Assembly (NCBI GenBank): GCA_963712745.1
Contig: CAVQJC010000020.1
Coordinates: 448,001-512,000 of the forward strand
Reading direction: 5' to 3'
From: an uncultured Chloroflexia bacterium
GTDB lineage: Bacteria > Chloroflexota > Limnocylindria > Limnocylindrales > CSP1-4
DNA: 64,000 nt
A program made the position numbers and the translations under genes. The notes beneath the pieces are model-generated. The model made no database searches. It had not been told where the DNA came from and was given only the letters and a program-made list of their open reading frames with translations. This document shows, piece after piece, positions 52,523 to 62,602 of the stretch; within the stretch, counting starts at the first letter, position 1, and each line of letters starts with the position of its first letter.

Positions 52523-54381
52523 CGGTCCTCGTCGAGCAACAGTTGCGCGGCCTTCATGACATCTGGCACGGGGAAAGGTTTACCGCGCACGCGGTTGAGG
52601 CCCACCGCATCGACGAGGTAGCGCCCGCGGATGAGCAGCCGCAGTTGGCCATTGTTCATCTCAGGGATGAGCACGCGCTTGTAGCTCGAGAGCACGTCGC
52701 CGGTGTTGCGCGGGAAGGGGTTGAGATGGCGCAGGTGGGCGTGGGCCACCGCGTGGCCGGCGCGCTGCAGTCGCTCGGCCGCGGTCCGCAGCGAGCCATA
52801 GGTGCTGCCCCAGCCGAGGATGAGCAGGTCTCCGCTGTCGGGCCCGTAGACCTCCAGGTCGGGGATGTCGTCGGCGATGCCCGCGACCTTGCGCGCGCGC
52901 AGGTCGGTCATGCGCTGGTGATTGTCGGGGTCGTAGCTGACCTGACCGGTGACGTCGGCGCCCTCAAGACCACCGATGCGGTGCTCCAGGCCGGGCGTTC
53001 CGGGGATGGCCCACGGGCGCGCGAGCGTGTCCGGGTCGCGCTCGTACGGCCGGAACGTGGCTGGATCCTGGTGGTTGGCCACACTGATATCAGGCAAGTC
53101 CGCAGGCTCGGGGATGCGCCACGGCTCCGACCCCGTGGCCAGGAAGGCATCGGACAGGTAGACGACCGGGGTCATGTACTTGAGTGCGATGCGGCAGGCC
53201 TCGATGGCCAGGTCGAAGCACTCGGCCGGCGTGGCCGGTGCCACTACCGGCAGGGGCGCATCGCCGTTGCGGCCCCACAGCGCCTGCATCAGGTCGGACT
53301 GCTCGGTCTTGGTGGGCATGCCCGTGGACGGGCCGGCGCGCTGGACGTTGACCACCACCAGCGGCAGCTCGACCATGACAGCAAGGCCCATGGCCTCGCC
53401 CTTGAGCGCGATGCCGGGACCGGACGAGGCGGTCAACGCGAGCGCACCGCCGAACGCCGCGCCGATGGCCGAGCCGATGGCGGCGATCTCGTCCTCGGCC
53501 TGGAAGGTGCGCACGCCGAAGTGCTTGTAGGTGGACAGCTGGTGCAGGATCTCGCTGGCGGGGGTGATGGGATAGGAGCCATAGAAGAGCTCCCGCTTGG
53601 CCAGCTTGGTGGCGGCCACGAAGCCGAGCGCCGCAGCCTCGTTGCCGGTGACGTTACGGTAGGTGCCCGGCGGCAGCTTGGCCGGCTTGACGCGGTAGCT
53701 GGTGTGGAAGATCTCCGTCGTCTCGCCGAAGGCGTAGCCAGCCTTCAGCGCCCGCAGGTTCCCCTCGGCGATGATGGGGCGCGCGGCGAACTTCTTCTCG
53801 ATCCACTTGACGGTCGGGTCCATGGAGCGCTCGAAGAGCCAGAACATGATGCCGAGGGCGAAGAAGTTCTTGGTCAGGTCCACCTGCTTGGTGGACATAT
53901 CCAGCCCCTCGAGCGCCAGCGCATTGAGCTTGCTGATGGGGATCTCGATGAGGTTGAAGTCGCTGAGCGACCCATCACTCAACGGATCGACCTCGTATCC
54001 GGCCTTGGCCAGGTTCTGCTTGGTGAAGGCATCCTCATTGACCACGATGGCCCCACCCGCGGGGACATCGCCGACGTTGGCTCGCAGGGCGGCGGGGTTC
54101 ATGGCCACGAGCACGTCCGGCTGGTCGCCGGGCGTGTAGATCTCGGAGGAGCTGAAGCTGATCTGGAAGCCGGAGACGCCGGGCAGCGAACCGGCGGGGG
54201 CACGAATCTCCGCGGGAAAGTCCGGCAACGTGGCGATGTCGTTGCCATACACGGCTGCGGCACGGGTGAACTGGGAGCCCGTGAGCTGCATCCCGTCGCC
54301 CGAGTCGCCCGCGAAGCGGATGGTTACGCGCTCCAGCTCCTGGATCTCTGGGGCTGGATGGCGGTCTGTCTCTGTGGTCAC
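52519..54381 (-). CDS. korA: 2-oxoacid:acceptor oxidoreductase alpha subunit (gamma-alpha fusion)
   Basis: FAGDSGDGMQLTG, YPITPAS, QAEDEI, QRAGPSTGMPTK, GWGST. Confidence 0.92.
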   Translation of the reverse strand: MTTETDRHPAPEIQELERVTIRFAGDSGDGMQLTGSQFTRAAAVYGNDIATLPDFPAEIRAPAGSLPGVSGFQISFSSSEIYTPGDQPDVLVAMNPAALRANVGDVPAGGAIVVNEDAFTKQNLAKAGYEVDPLSDGSLSDFNLIEIPISKLNALALEGLDMSTKQVDLTKNFFALGIMFWLFERSMDPTVKWIEKKFAARPIIAEGNLRALKAGYAFGETTEIFHTSYRVKPAKLPPGTYRNVTGNEAAALGFVAATKLAKRELFYGSYPITPASEILHQLSTYKHFGVRTFQAEDEIAAIGSAIGAAFGGALALTASSGPGIALKGEAMGLAVMVELPLVVVNVQRAGPSTGMPTKTEQSDLMQALWGRNGDAPLPVVAPATPAECFDLAIEACRIALKYMTPVVYLSDAFLATGSEPWRIPEPADLPDISVANHQDPATFRPYERDPDTLARPWAIPGTPGLEHRIGGLEGADVTGQVSYDPDNHQRMTDLRARKVAGIADDIPDLEVYGPDSGDLLILGWGSTYGSLRTAAERLQRAGHAVAHAHLRHLNPFPRNTGDVLSSYKRVLIPEMNNGQLRLLIRGRYLVDAVGLNRVRGKPFPVPDVMKAAQLLLDEDR

Positions 54382-54532
54382 GCGGGGGCGGGCTCCTTCT
54401 TCACGACGCCGGCCGACGATGCCGCTGGTCGTGGCTGCAGCCAGTGTAACGCGGAGTGACGTTCGGCCCTTGACGGCGACGGCAGGGGGACTGGATCTGC
54501 CGGCGCGCCCGGGCACCCAGTAGCATCGGGTC

Positions 54533-55579
54533 GTGATCGGCGATCCGCCGCCCGGCCGGCGCGTGCCCTTCTCGGGACAGGCCCTGGGCATCATCCTCGT
54601 TCTGGTCTCGGCTGCCGGCTTCGGCTCCGGGGCGTTATTCGTGCAGCCGCTCTACGACGCGGAGATGGAGCCGCTGGCGGTGCTCTTCTGGCGCTTCACC
54701 ACGGCCGCGCTCTTCGGCTGGGGCTTCCTCCTGCTCTCGGGGCGCCGACGCACATCACTCCGGTCCCTGCCACGCCGACGCGTGGTGGTGCTGCTGCTCC
54801 TGGGCCTCCTCTACGTCGGCAACAGCTATGCCTTCATCGCCTCGCTGCAGGTGGTGTCGATCTCGCTGGCCTCGATCATCGCCTACCTCTACCCGGCCAT
54901 GGTGGCCGTGATGGCCACCCGCTTCGTGCGACGGCTGGAGGGTCGCCGGGCATGGATCGCGCTCGGTATCAGCCTCGCCGGCATCGCCCTCACCGTGGGC
55001 GGCATCCCCGAGGGCGAAGTGCCGCCACTCTGGGGCCTCGCGCTGGCCTTCGCCAACCCTCTGATCTACGCCACCTGGATCGTGCTGCAGGCACGGCTGG
55101 CCGGGGAGCGGCCGGGACCCGCGGGTGAACGGCGAGCGGTATCGATCCCGCCGGGCGACGCCGAGACGGCCATCGACAGCGGGCCCCCGGATGCGCCCGA
55201 CCCCTCCCCCGCTGCGGCCCTGATGACGACGGCCACGGCGGTCGCGTATGCCCTCCTGCTGACCGCCAGCGGCGGGTCGATCTCACCACTGGCGGTGCCC
55301 GCCGGGGTGTGGCTGCCGCTGCTGGGCCTGGGCCTGGTGGCCACCGCCATCGCCATCCAGACCTTCTACGCCGGGGTCAAGCGGGTCGGCGGTGCTCGCG
55401 CCTCGCTCATCAGCACGGTCGAGCCCGTGTACACCGTGGCCCTTGCGGTCATCCTTTTCGGCGAGCAGCTCACGCCGATGCAGCTGGCTGGTGGTGCCCT
55501 GGTCATCTTCGCTGTGGTGCTCGCGGAGACCGGCCGGCCCGATACAGTGAGCACCACACCCGCCCCGGACCGCGCCTGA
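54533..55579 (+). CDS. EamA/DMT-family transporter
   Basis: About 10 TM helices; YLYPA, STVEPV, LFGEQL. Confidence 0.85.
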   Translation: MIGDPPPGRRVPFSGQALGIILVLVSAAGFGSGALFVQPLYDAEMEPLAVLFWRFTTAALFGWGFLLLSGRRRTSLRSLPRRRVVVLLLLGLLYVGNSYAFIASLQVVSISLASIIAYLYPAMVAVMATRFVRRLEGRRAWIALGISLAGIALTVGGIPEGEVPPLWGLALAFANPLIYATWIVLQARLAGERPGPAGERRAVSIPPGDAETAIDSGPPDAPDPSPAAALMTTATAVAYALLLTASGGSISPLAVPAGVWLPLLGLGLVATAIAIQTFYAGVKRVGGARASLISTVEPVYTVALAVILFGEQLTPMQLAGGALVIFAVVLAETGRPDTVSTTPAPDRA

Positions 55580-55618
55580 AGCGGCACCCCATCAAACAGC
55601 CGACCGAGGAACCCACCG

Positions 55619-56498
55619 ATGCGTCTCGTCTCATATCTCGATGAAGCCGGCGACCGTCTCGGCGTCGAACCCACACCGGGCCAGTATCTGGTCGAGCCCC
55701 GCGCTCGGAACCGGCCTGCCCGGCTCGATGTCCGAGCTGCTGGCCGGCGGCGAGGCAGCCCTCGAGGCCCTGCGTGCCGCTGCCCGCGACGCATCCGAGG
55801 CCGGGCGTCCCGCCGACGTGGACCCGAAGCGCCGCATCGCGCCGGTGCCGCGACCGGGCAAGATCGTGGCGATCGGGCTCAACTACCGCGATCATGCCGC
55901 TGAGCTGGGCCTGGACATCCCCGCCGTCCCGCTGATGTTCGCCAAGTTCCCGAGCGCGGTCATCGGTGACGGCGCCACCGTCGAGTGGGACCCGCGCCTG
56001 ACCGACGAGGTCGACCTTGAAGTCGAGCTGGCCGTCGTCATCGGCCGCACGGCCCGCCGCGTCAGCGCCGAGCAGGCTCCGGGCCACATCCTGGGCTACA
56101 CCTGTCTCAACGACGTCACCGCCCGCGACCTGCAATTCTCCGACGGCCAGTATGTCCGCTCCAAGTCACTCGACACGTTCAGCCCGGTCGGCCCCGCCGT
56201 GGTCACCGTCGATGAGTTGCCCGATCCGGGCAGTCTCGCGGTTCGCAGCTACCGCAACGGCGAGGTCATGCAGGACTCGTCGACCGCCAACCTCATCTTC
56301 GACGTGCCCTTCCTGGTCTCGTTCTGCTCACAGGCGTTCACGCTCGAGCCGGGTGACATCATCGCCACCGGCACGCCGGGCGGCATCGGCTACTTCCGCG
56401 AGCCCAGGGTCTCCATGCGTGACGGCGATGTGATGGCCATCGAGATCGAAGGCATCGGCCGGCTCACCAACCCCTGTCGCGAGGTGCGCGCCGGCTGA
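55619..56498 (+). CDS. Fumarylacetoacetate hydrolase family protein; frameshift near 55690
   Basis: The MRLVSY start is in one frame. KIVAIGLNY, EVEL, NDVTARD and LEPGDIIATGTP are in another. Confidence 0.85.
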
Positions 56499-56620
56499 GC
56501 CGCCACCCGGCGCGGTCGTGCTTGCCGGGGCGGGTTGGCCCTCGTGGGCGAACCTGCATCGGTGCGATCGACCGCACGAGACCGCGCTCGCCTGTTTCGA
56601 GCTGGCCGGTCCGATGGCAA

Positions 56621-56825
56621 TGCGCGGTGCGGACCCCGGTGCGCGGTGCGGACCCCGGTGCGCGGTGCGGACCCCGGTGCGCGGTGCGATCTCCGTTGAG
56701 CGGTGCGATCCCCGTTGAGCAGGCGAGCGTGGCGATCCCCGGTGCGCAGGCGAGCGTGGCGATCCCCGGTGCGCAGGCGAGCGTGACGTGGTGCGATCCT
56801 CGTTGAGCGGGCGAACGTGACGTGC
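56621..56825. repeat. Compound minisatellite: 19-bp unit TGCGCGGTGCGGACCCCGG x3 plus variants, grading into a 27-bp unit
   Basis: Exact units at 56621, 56640 and 56659; variants at 56678 and 56697; 27-mers at 56716 and 56743. Confidence 0.9.
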
Positions 56826-56986
56826 ATGGCCGAGGCTCGGCCGAATCCTCTCGTTCAGCGGGAGCCCGTGGCAGCTTGCGCAGGCGATTCCCGTTCAGCG
56901 GGAGATCCAAGCGCCCCAGTAGCGCTGGGGACGCAGTCTGACGCATTTCGGCACCCGAGCTGGTCGCGTTGTCCCACTCAACGGGA

Positions 56987-57086
56987 ACGGCCGTGGATGC
57001 CGGTCCCTGGGGCACGGCCGTGGATGCCGGTCCCTGGGGCACGGCCGTGGATGCCGGTCCTGGGGCACGGCCGTGGATGCCGGTCC
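56987..57086. repeat. Tandem repeat ACGGCCGTGGATGCCGGTCCCTGGGGC (27 bp), about 3.7 copies
   Basis: Units at 56987, 57014, 57041 (1-nt deletion) and a partial unit at 57067; no spacers. Confidence 0.9.
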
Positions 57087-57227
57087 GGCTGGTCTCGTCG
57101 GCTGCTCGACGGGAGACGGCACGTCCGTCGCGCGACCTCGCCACCCGGATGACGTGACCGGCGTCACGCGGATCGCATCACTGACACCGCCGAGGACTCC
57201 CGGAGCTGACGACCCAACCCGGCGGTC

Positions 57228-58514
57228 CTACCGTGTCGCGAGCAGGGCCTCCTGGAAGACGCCCAATGCCTCCTCGATCTCCTCACGCTGGACGTTGAGC
57301 GGTGCGATCCAGCGGACGACATTGCCGGCGCCACAGGTCAGCACCAGGAGGCCCCGTTCGGCACAGGCCGCGCTGAGCGCGCTGCCGAGGGCGACGTCGG
57401 GGGCATCGGGGTCCTTGATCATCTCCGTGCCGATCATCAGCCCCGGCCCGCGGACGTCGCCGATGCGCGCATCCTCCGCTGCCAGCGCCTGCAGGCCGGC
57501 GGTCAGCTCCGCCCCGCGTGCCGCGGCGTTGGCCACCAGGCCCTCTTCGCGCATGACCTCCAGCACGGCGATACCCGCCGCACAGGAGACGGGATTGCCA
57601 CCGTAGGTGGAGCCGTGGGCGCCAAGGCCCCAACGCTCCTGCAGCTCGCGCGGCGAGACCAGCGCTGCGAGCGGCAGGCCGTTGGCGATGGCCTTGGCCA
57701 CCAGTACCACGTCGGGAACGATGTCGCTGTGCTCGAAGGCCCACATCCGACCAGTCCGACCGTAGCCGGACTGCACCTCGTCCACGATGAGCAGGATGCC
57801 GTGGCGGGTGGCCAGCTCGCGCAGGCCCTGCATGAACGCGACCGGTGCCGGGATGTAGCCACCCTCGCCCTGGACCGGCTCGATGATGAAGGCCGCCGTG
57901 CGGGCGGGCTGCAGCCGTTCGAGGAAGAGCCGCTCGAGGTAGGCCAGGCTGGCAGCGGAGGCCGCCTCCTCATCGCCGTCGAAGTCACGGTAGGCGTTGG
58001 GAAAGGGCGCGATGTGCACGTCCGGCAGGAGCGGGTCGTAGCCCGAGCGGTAGTTCAGGCTGGAGCTGGTGATGCTGGTGGCCCCGTACGTGCGGCCGTG
58101 GAAACCACCGGAGAACGCGATGATGTGCGTGCGGCCGGTAGCTCTCCGCGCCATCTTCATGGCACCGTCGACGACCTCCGCCCCAGAGTTGCCGAAGTAG
58201 ACCGTGTCCAGGCCTTCGGGTAGCTCCGCGACGAGCATCTCCGCCAGCCGTGTGACCGGGTCCAGGTGGCCCAGGCCATTGCACACGTGGATGAGCTCGT
58301 CCACCTGCGCGTGGATGGCCGCGTTGACCTTTGGATGGGCGTGCCCCAGCGAAGTCACGGCGATGCCGTTGGCGAAGTCGAGATAGGCCCGGCCGTCGCT
58401 GTCGATGAGACGGTGGCCCTCGCCCTTGACCCAGGCCTGCTGGTAGTAACGGCCGAGGATCGGCGAGAGGGTCGCGGTCGAGCGTTCCTGGATGGTGCGG
58501 GCAGTGTCGGTCAT
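57228..58514 (-). CDS. Class III PLP aminotransferase (GabT/ArgD-like)
   Basis: YLDFANGI, NSGAE, FHGRT, EPVQGEGG, DEVQSG.GRTG, VAKAIANG, DVRGPGLM. Confidence 0.9.
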   Translation of the reverse strand: MTDTARTIQERSTATLSPILGRYYQQAWVKGEGHRLIDSDGRAYLDFANGIAVTSLGHAHPKVNAAIHAQVDELIHVCNGLGHLDPVTRLAEMLVAELPEGLDTVYFGNSGAEVVDGAMKMARRATGRTHIIAFSGGFHGRTYGATSITSSSLNYRSGYDPLLPDVHIAPFPNAYRDFDGDEEAASAASLAYLERLFLERLQPARTAAFIIEPVQGEGGYIPAPVAFMQGLRELATRHGILLIVDEVQSGYGRTGRMWAFEHSDIVPDVVLVAKAIANGLPLAALVSPRELQERWGLGAHGSTYGGNPVSCAAGIAVLEVMREEGLVANAAARGAELTAGLQALAAEDARIGDVRGPGLMIGTEMIKDPDAPDVALGSALSAACAERGLLVLTCGAGNVVRWIAPLNVQREEIEEALGVFQEALLATR

Positions 58515-58579
58515 GGGCTCAAGCATACGGGCAGCGTGCGCAGCTGCGCCACGGGCTCGATGACGCTGGCAGTCGAGGC

Positions 58580-59308
58580 CTAGTAGCGGCGGCCGCGCAG
58601 CTTGTCGAGGTCGAAGCGGGCGGTATCAGCGATGGCCATCACGGCCATCGTGCCCGCTTGCACCGGATCGCTGACCACCAGGTCGGCCTCCGTCGAGACC
58701 GAGCCGGCCATGGAGAGGGCGACCACCGGGATGCCACGCTCGCGCAACTCCCGCACGGCCTTGGTGATCTCGCCGCCCATGAGCGAGCCGGCCAGCACCA
58801 GGATGTGTGCACGCGGCAGGTCGGCCACGGCGCGGACGGCCGCGGCGATCTCGTCTTCGCCAACGAGCGCCATGGTATCGACCGAGATGCGCTCGCCGCG
58901 CAGATTGTGGCGATCGCTCTCGGACACCGCACCCAGGGCCACCTGCGCCACCTGGGCGCCGCCGCCGATGACGATGACGCGCTTGCCGAAGATCTGGCCG
59001 AGGGTCGGTCGTGCGTCGGCGGCCGCCACCCCGGGCACGGTGCGAGCGATCTCGGTGGCCTCCAGCGGGCCAAGGTCGCGCAGCTCGAGGTCGAAGACGC
59101 GCGTGATCTCGTCGTCTTCCCCCTTCTTCGTGGCCGGGAACGAGTTGATGGTCACGACCTCCGCGCCGGCCTCGCGCAGGCGCACGAGGATCTCGGTGAG
59201 GTCCGCATCGTCGGTCGTGCGCACCTCGATAGCGGAGAGCACGTGGCCACGGCTGGGGATGGCGAGATCGGGGATGTCGCTATCGTGCGATTCGTCGTGT
59301 TTGCTCAT
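58580..59308 (-). CDS. ACT-like N-domain plus conserved C-domain protein (DUF5612-like, a family I know mainly from archaea)
   Basis: [39 protein letters not shown]...[10 protein letters not shown]...MAGSV...DPVQAG.MAVMA, recognised from memory. Confidence 0.75.
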   Translation of the reverse strand: MSKHDESHDSDIPDLAIPSRGHVLSAIEVRTTDDADLTEILVRLREAGAEVVTINSFPATKKGEDDEITRVFDLELRDLGPLEATEIARTVPGVAAADARPTLGQIFGKRVIVIGGGAQVAQVALGAVSESDRHNLRGERISVDTMALVGEDEIAAAVRAVADLPRAHILVLAGSLMGGEITKAVRELRERGIPVVALSMAGSVSTEADLVVSDPVQAGTMAVMAIADTARFDLDKLRGRRY

Positions 59309-59373
59309 CAGTCTTGGACGCAACTATGGCATAGCTACAGGACAGGGCACGCCTCCTGTATCGTCTGGCGACC

Positions 59374-60471
59374 ATGACCGAGACCAGCACCCTCGCGACC
59401 GCCATCCCTGCCGTCGGCGGCCGCGCTCTCATCCGCGTCGGCATCATCGGCGCTGCCGGCATCGCCGGTGGCGAGCTCGTGCGACTGCTCGAGCGTCACC
59501 CCAACGTTCGTATCGCCGGCCTCCAGGGCCGCGACCGCGATCACGAGCCGCTGGGCACGAGCCAGCCTCAGCTCGGCCGCACCGGGCACTTCATCGAGAC
59601 CGACCTGCCCCAGGTCGACGCGGTCTTCATGGCCCTCCCGCACGGCGCCTCGGCGGCGTTGGCACCCGACTTCGTGGAGCGGGGCATGGCGGTCATCGAC
59701 CTCGGCTCCGACTATCGCCTCAAGGATCCGGCCGAGTACGAGCGCTGGTATGCCTACACCCATCCCTTTCCGGAGTTGCTGGCGAAGGCGGTCTACGGCC
59801 TGCCCGAGCAGCACCGGGACGAGCTGCGGGCGCTCGAAGGCGCCGGCACCCGACTGGTGGCCTCGCCCGGCTGCTACCCCACCACCTCCATGCTGGGGCT
59901 GTATCCGCTGGCGCGTGCCGGGCTCATCGAGGACGTCGTGGTCGACGCCAAGAGCGGCGTCTCGGGTGCCGGACGCTCGGTCAAGGCCGATCTCATGTAC
60001 TCGGAGGTCAACGACTCGGTCAAGGCCTACGGGCTCGATGGCCACCGCCACACCGCCGAGCTGGTGCAGGAGATCCGAGACGCGGGACCCACGCCGGAGG
60101 CCAATCCCGGCGCCGCCACGGTCGATTTCCTGCCCCACCTGGTGCCCATGAACAGGGGCATCCTCGCGGCCGGGCACGTCCGCCCGACCCGAACGGTGAC
60201 GGAGGCCGAGCTGCGAGAGCTGTACCAGGAGGCCTACGCGAACGAGTACTTCGTCGAGGTCGTCGACTCGCCGCCGGCCACCGGTCACGTACGCGGCAGC
60301 AACTTCGCGCGGGTATACGCGCGCTACGACGAGCGCACCGGGCGCATCACCACGATCTCGGTCGAGGACAACCTGGTGAAGGGCGCCGCCGGCCAGGCGG
60401 TGCAGGCCTTCAACATCGTCTTCGGCCTGCCCGAGCCGGCCGGGCTCGAGCAGCTCCCCATCGTTCCGTGA
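59374..60471 (+). CDS. argC: N-acetyl-gamma-glutamyl-phosphate reductase
   Basis: F.ALPHG, VYGLPE, PGCYPT, SGVSGAG, DNLVKGAAGQAVQ. Confidence 0.95.
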   Translation: MTETSTLATAIPAVGGRALIRVGIIGAAGIAGGELVRLLERHPNVRIAGLQGRDRDHEPLGTSQPQLGRTGHFIETDLPQVDAVFMALPHGASAALAPDFVERGMAVIDLGSDYRLKDPAEYERWYAYTHPFPELLAKAVYGLPEQHRDELRALEGAGTRLVASPGCYPTTSMLGLYPLARAGLIEDVVVDAKSGVSGAGRSVKADLMYSEVNDSVKAYGLDGHRHTAELVQEIRDAGPTPEANPGAATVDFLPHLVPMNRGILAAGHVRPTRTVTEAELRELYQEAYANEYFVEVVDSPPATGHVRGSNFARVYARYDERTGRITTISVEDNLVKGAAGQAVQAFNIVFGLPEPAGLEQLPIVP

Positions 60472-61820
60472 GAGCGCTGGCCGACCTGCCATCCGAGTTG
60501 CCTCAGGCCGATCTCGTCGCGCGGCTACCGGGAGGCTTCCGCGCTTGTGGCACCAGCGCGGGCATCAAGGGCTCGGGCGCTCCCGATCTCGCGGTAGTGC
60601 TCGTGGAGAGCGGACCGGCCGCCGTGGCCGCGACCTTCACCACCAACAGTCTGCCGGCCGCAGCCGTGCGCATGAACAAGGAGCATCTCGCAGCGGGGGA
60701 GCCGGCCGGCGGCGGCCGCTACGGCTGGGTCGACGCGATGATGTCCACCAGCGGCTGCGCCAACGCCGCGACCGGCGAAGCCGGCCTGGCCGACCAGCGC
60801 AGCCTGGCCGCCAGCCTGGCCAGGGTCGCGGGCACGGTACCCCAACGCGTACTGGCCATGTCCACCGGGCTCATCGGCACGCGCCTGCCGGTCGAGCGCG
60901 TCGCTCGCGCCCTGGAGGACGTGCCGGCGGCCATGCGCTCGGACGACGCAGCCTATGCCGCAGTGGCCGAAGCACTGCGCACGACCGATTCGCGGGCCAA
61001 GTCCGCCTCGATCAGGGTCGAACTCCCGGGTCCCGCGGGTGAGCCGGTAACGGTGACCGTCAGCGGCGTGGCCAAGGGCGTGGGCATGATCCACCCCAAC
61101 ATGGCCACCATGCTCAGCTTCGTGCTCACTGACGCCGCCGCCGCGCCCGACACCCTGAGCCGGCTGTTGCGGCCGATCGTGGCCCGGACCTGGAACCAGA
61201 CCAGCATCGATGGCGACCAGTCCACCAACGACACCGTCCTGCTCGTGGCCTCCGGCGCTTCCGGCGCCGCCCCGGTCGAGGATGAGCCCCTCGCCCTGGC
61301 CGCCTTCGGCCGCGCCGTCGAAGCGGTGGCCCGATCGCTCGCTCGCCAGCAGGCGGCTGACGGCGAAGGTGCCGCCACGCTCATCACCTGCGCCGTCAGC
61401 GGCGGCCGTGATGATGCCGCTGCGCGCGCTGCGGCGCGCGCGGTCGTGTCCAGCAACCTGGTCAAGGCGGCCGTGCACGGAGCCGATCCCAACTGGGGCC
61501 GCATCGCCATGGCCGTGGGCAACGCCACCATCGCCTCGGCCGCCGTGCTCGATGCCGCCGGGCTCGATGCCGCCTCGGCCCGGGCACGCGCCGGTCAGCC
61601 AGTGGAGCTCGAGGCCGATCGATTGCGCATCGACATCGAGGGCACCCCTGTCTTCGACGGCGTCCCCCTCGAGTTCGACGAAACCGCGCTCTCGGCACGC
61701 ATGCGCGGCGCCGAGGTAGCGATCCGCGTGGACCTGGGGGTGGGTGAGGGAACCGGCGAAGCGTTCGGCTGCGACCTGACCGAGGAGTACGTCATCGAGA
61801 ACAGCGAGTACTCCACGTGA
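60468..61820 (+). CDS. argJ: Ornithine acetyltransferase / N-acetylglutamate synthase
   Basis: SGCANAATG, STGLIG, TTD, KGVGMIHPNMATML, DGDQSTNDT, DGEGA, DPNWGR; GTG start overlaps the argC stop. Confidence 0.94.
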   Translation: MRALADLPSELPQADLVARLPGGFRACGTSAGIKGSGAPDLAVVLVESGPAAVAATFTTNSLPAAAVRMNKEHLAAGEPAGGGRYGWVDAMMSTSGCANAATGEAGLADQRSLAASLARVAGTVPQRVLAMSTGLIGTRLPVERVARALEDVPAAMRSDDAAYAAVAEALRTTDSRAKSASIRVELPGPAGEPVTVTVSGVAKGVGMIHPNMATMLSFVLTDAAAAPDTLSRLLRPIVARTWNQTSIDGDQSTNDTVLLVASGASGAAPVEDEPLALAAFGRAVEAVARSLARQQAADGEGAATLITCAVSGGRDDAAARAAARAVVSSNLVKAAVHGADPNWGRIAMAVGNATIASAAVLDAAGLDAASARARAGQPVELEADRLRIDIEGTPVFDGVPLEFDETALSARMRGAEVAIRVDLGVGEGTGEAFGCDLTEEYVIENSEYST

Positions 61821-62584
61821 GCGGTTCGCCCGTGGTGGTCAAGCTCGGCGGAACCACCATCATGGAGCAGCAGGACGTGCTGCGCGAGATCGTCCAAGAA
61901 CGGCGGGCGCGCCCGCTCGTGGTGGTCCACGGCGGAGGCAAGCGCCTGACCGATTGGCTCGAGCGGCTCGGCGTGGAGAGCCGCTGGGAACAGGGCCGGC
62001 GGGTCACCGACCAGGCCACGCTGGAGGTCTTCCTCGCGGTCATCAGCGGCGTCATCAACGCCGAGCTGACCGAGGCGCTGCTGGCGCTGGGAGCGCGCGC
62101 AGTGGGCGTTCGCGGCATCGACTCGGGCATGATCAGCGGGCCACGCGCCCAAGGCCTGGAGCGCGTCATCAGCGAGCCCGTGGCCGACCCTGCGCTGCTG
62201 CAGACGCTGCTCGAGGGCGGCTACCTGCCGGTGCTCACGCCCATGGGCCTGGACCCCGGCGGTCACATCTGCAACGTCAACGCCGACGATGCTGCGGCGG
62301 CGGTCAGCGCCGCCCTCGGCGGTGAGCTGGTGCTCATGACCGACACCGACGGCGTGCGCGGCGCTGACGGCGAGCGCATCACCGAGCTCACCCCGGGCGC
62401 GGCGGCCCGCCTCATCGAGGAGGGAGTGATCGCGGGAGGCATGGTGCCCAAGGTGCACTCGGCGTTGCGGGCCATCGGCCCGGGGTCGCACGCGCAGCGC
62501 TCGGTCATCGCCGACGGCCGCACGCAGCGGGCGCTGCAGCGGGCGCTGCACGAGGGTGCCGGCACCGGCTTCCGACTCGCCTAG
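61817..62584 (+). CDS. argB: Acetylglutamate kinase
   Basis: VVKLGG, VHGGG, GRRVTD, NVNAD, GGMVPKV. Confidence 0.93.
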   Translation: MSGSPVVVKLGGTTIMEQQDVLREIVQERRARPLVVVHGGGKRLTDWLERLGVESRWEQGRRVTDQATLEVFLAVISGVINAELTEALLALGARAVGVRGIDSGMISGPRAQGLERVISEPVADPALLQTLLEGGYLPVLTPMGLDPGGHICNVNADDAAAAVSAALGGELVLMTDTDGVRGADGERITELTPGAAARLIEEGVIAGGMVPKVHSALRAIGPGSHAQRSVIADGRTQRALQRALHEGAGTGFRLA

Positions 62585-62602
62585 GAGCCCTGGCTCGTTC
62601 TG

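Noticed and set aside
56987-57086. CRISPR array (27-bp repeats)
   Set aside because: The repeats are directly adjacent with no unique spacers, and there are no cas genes in the window.
58602-61820. 1072-aa ORF as a giant ArgJ fusion
   Set aside because: Only 60468-61820 is ArgJ. The upstream part is an open shadow frame over argC and the antisense ACT-like gene.
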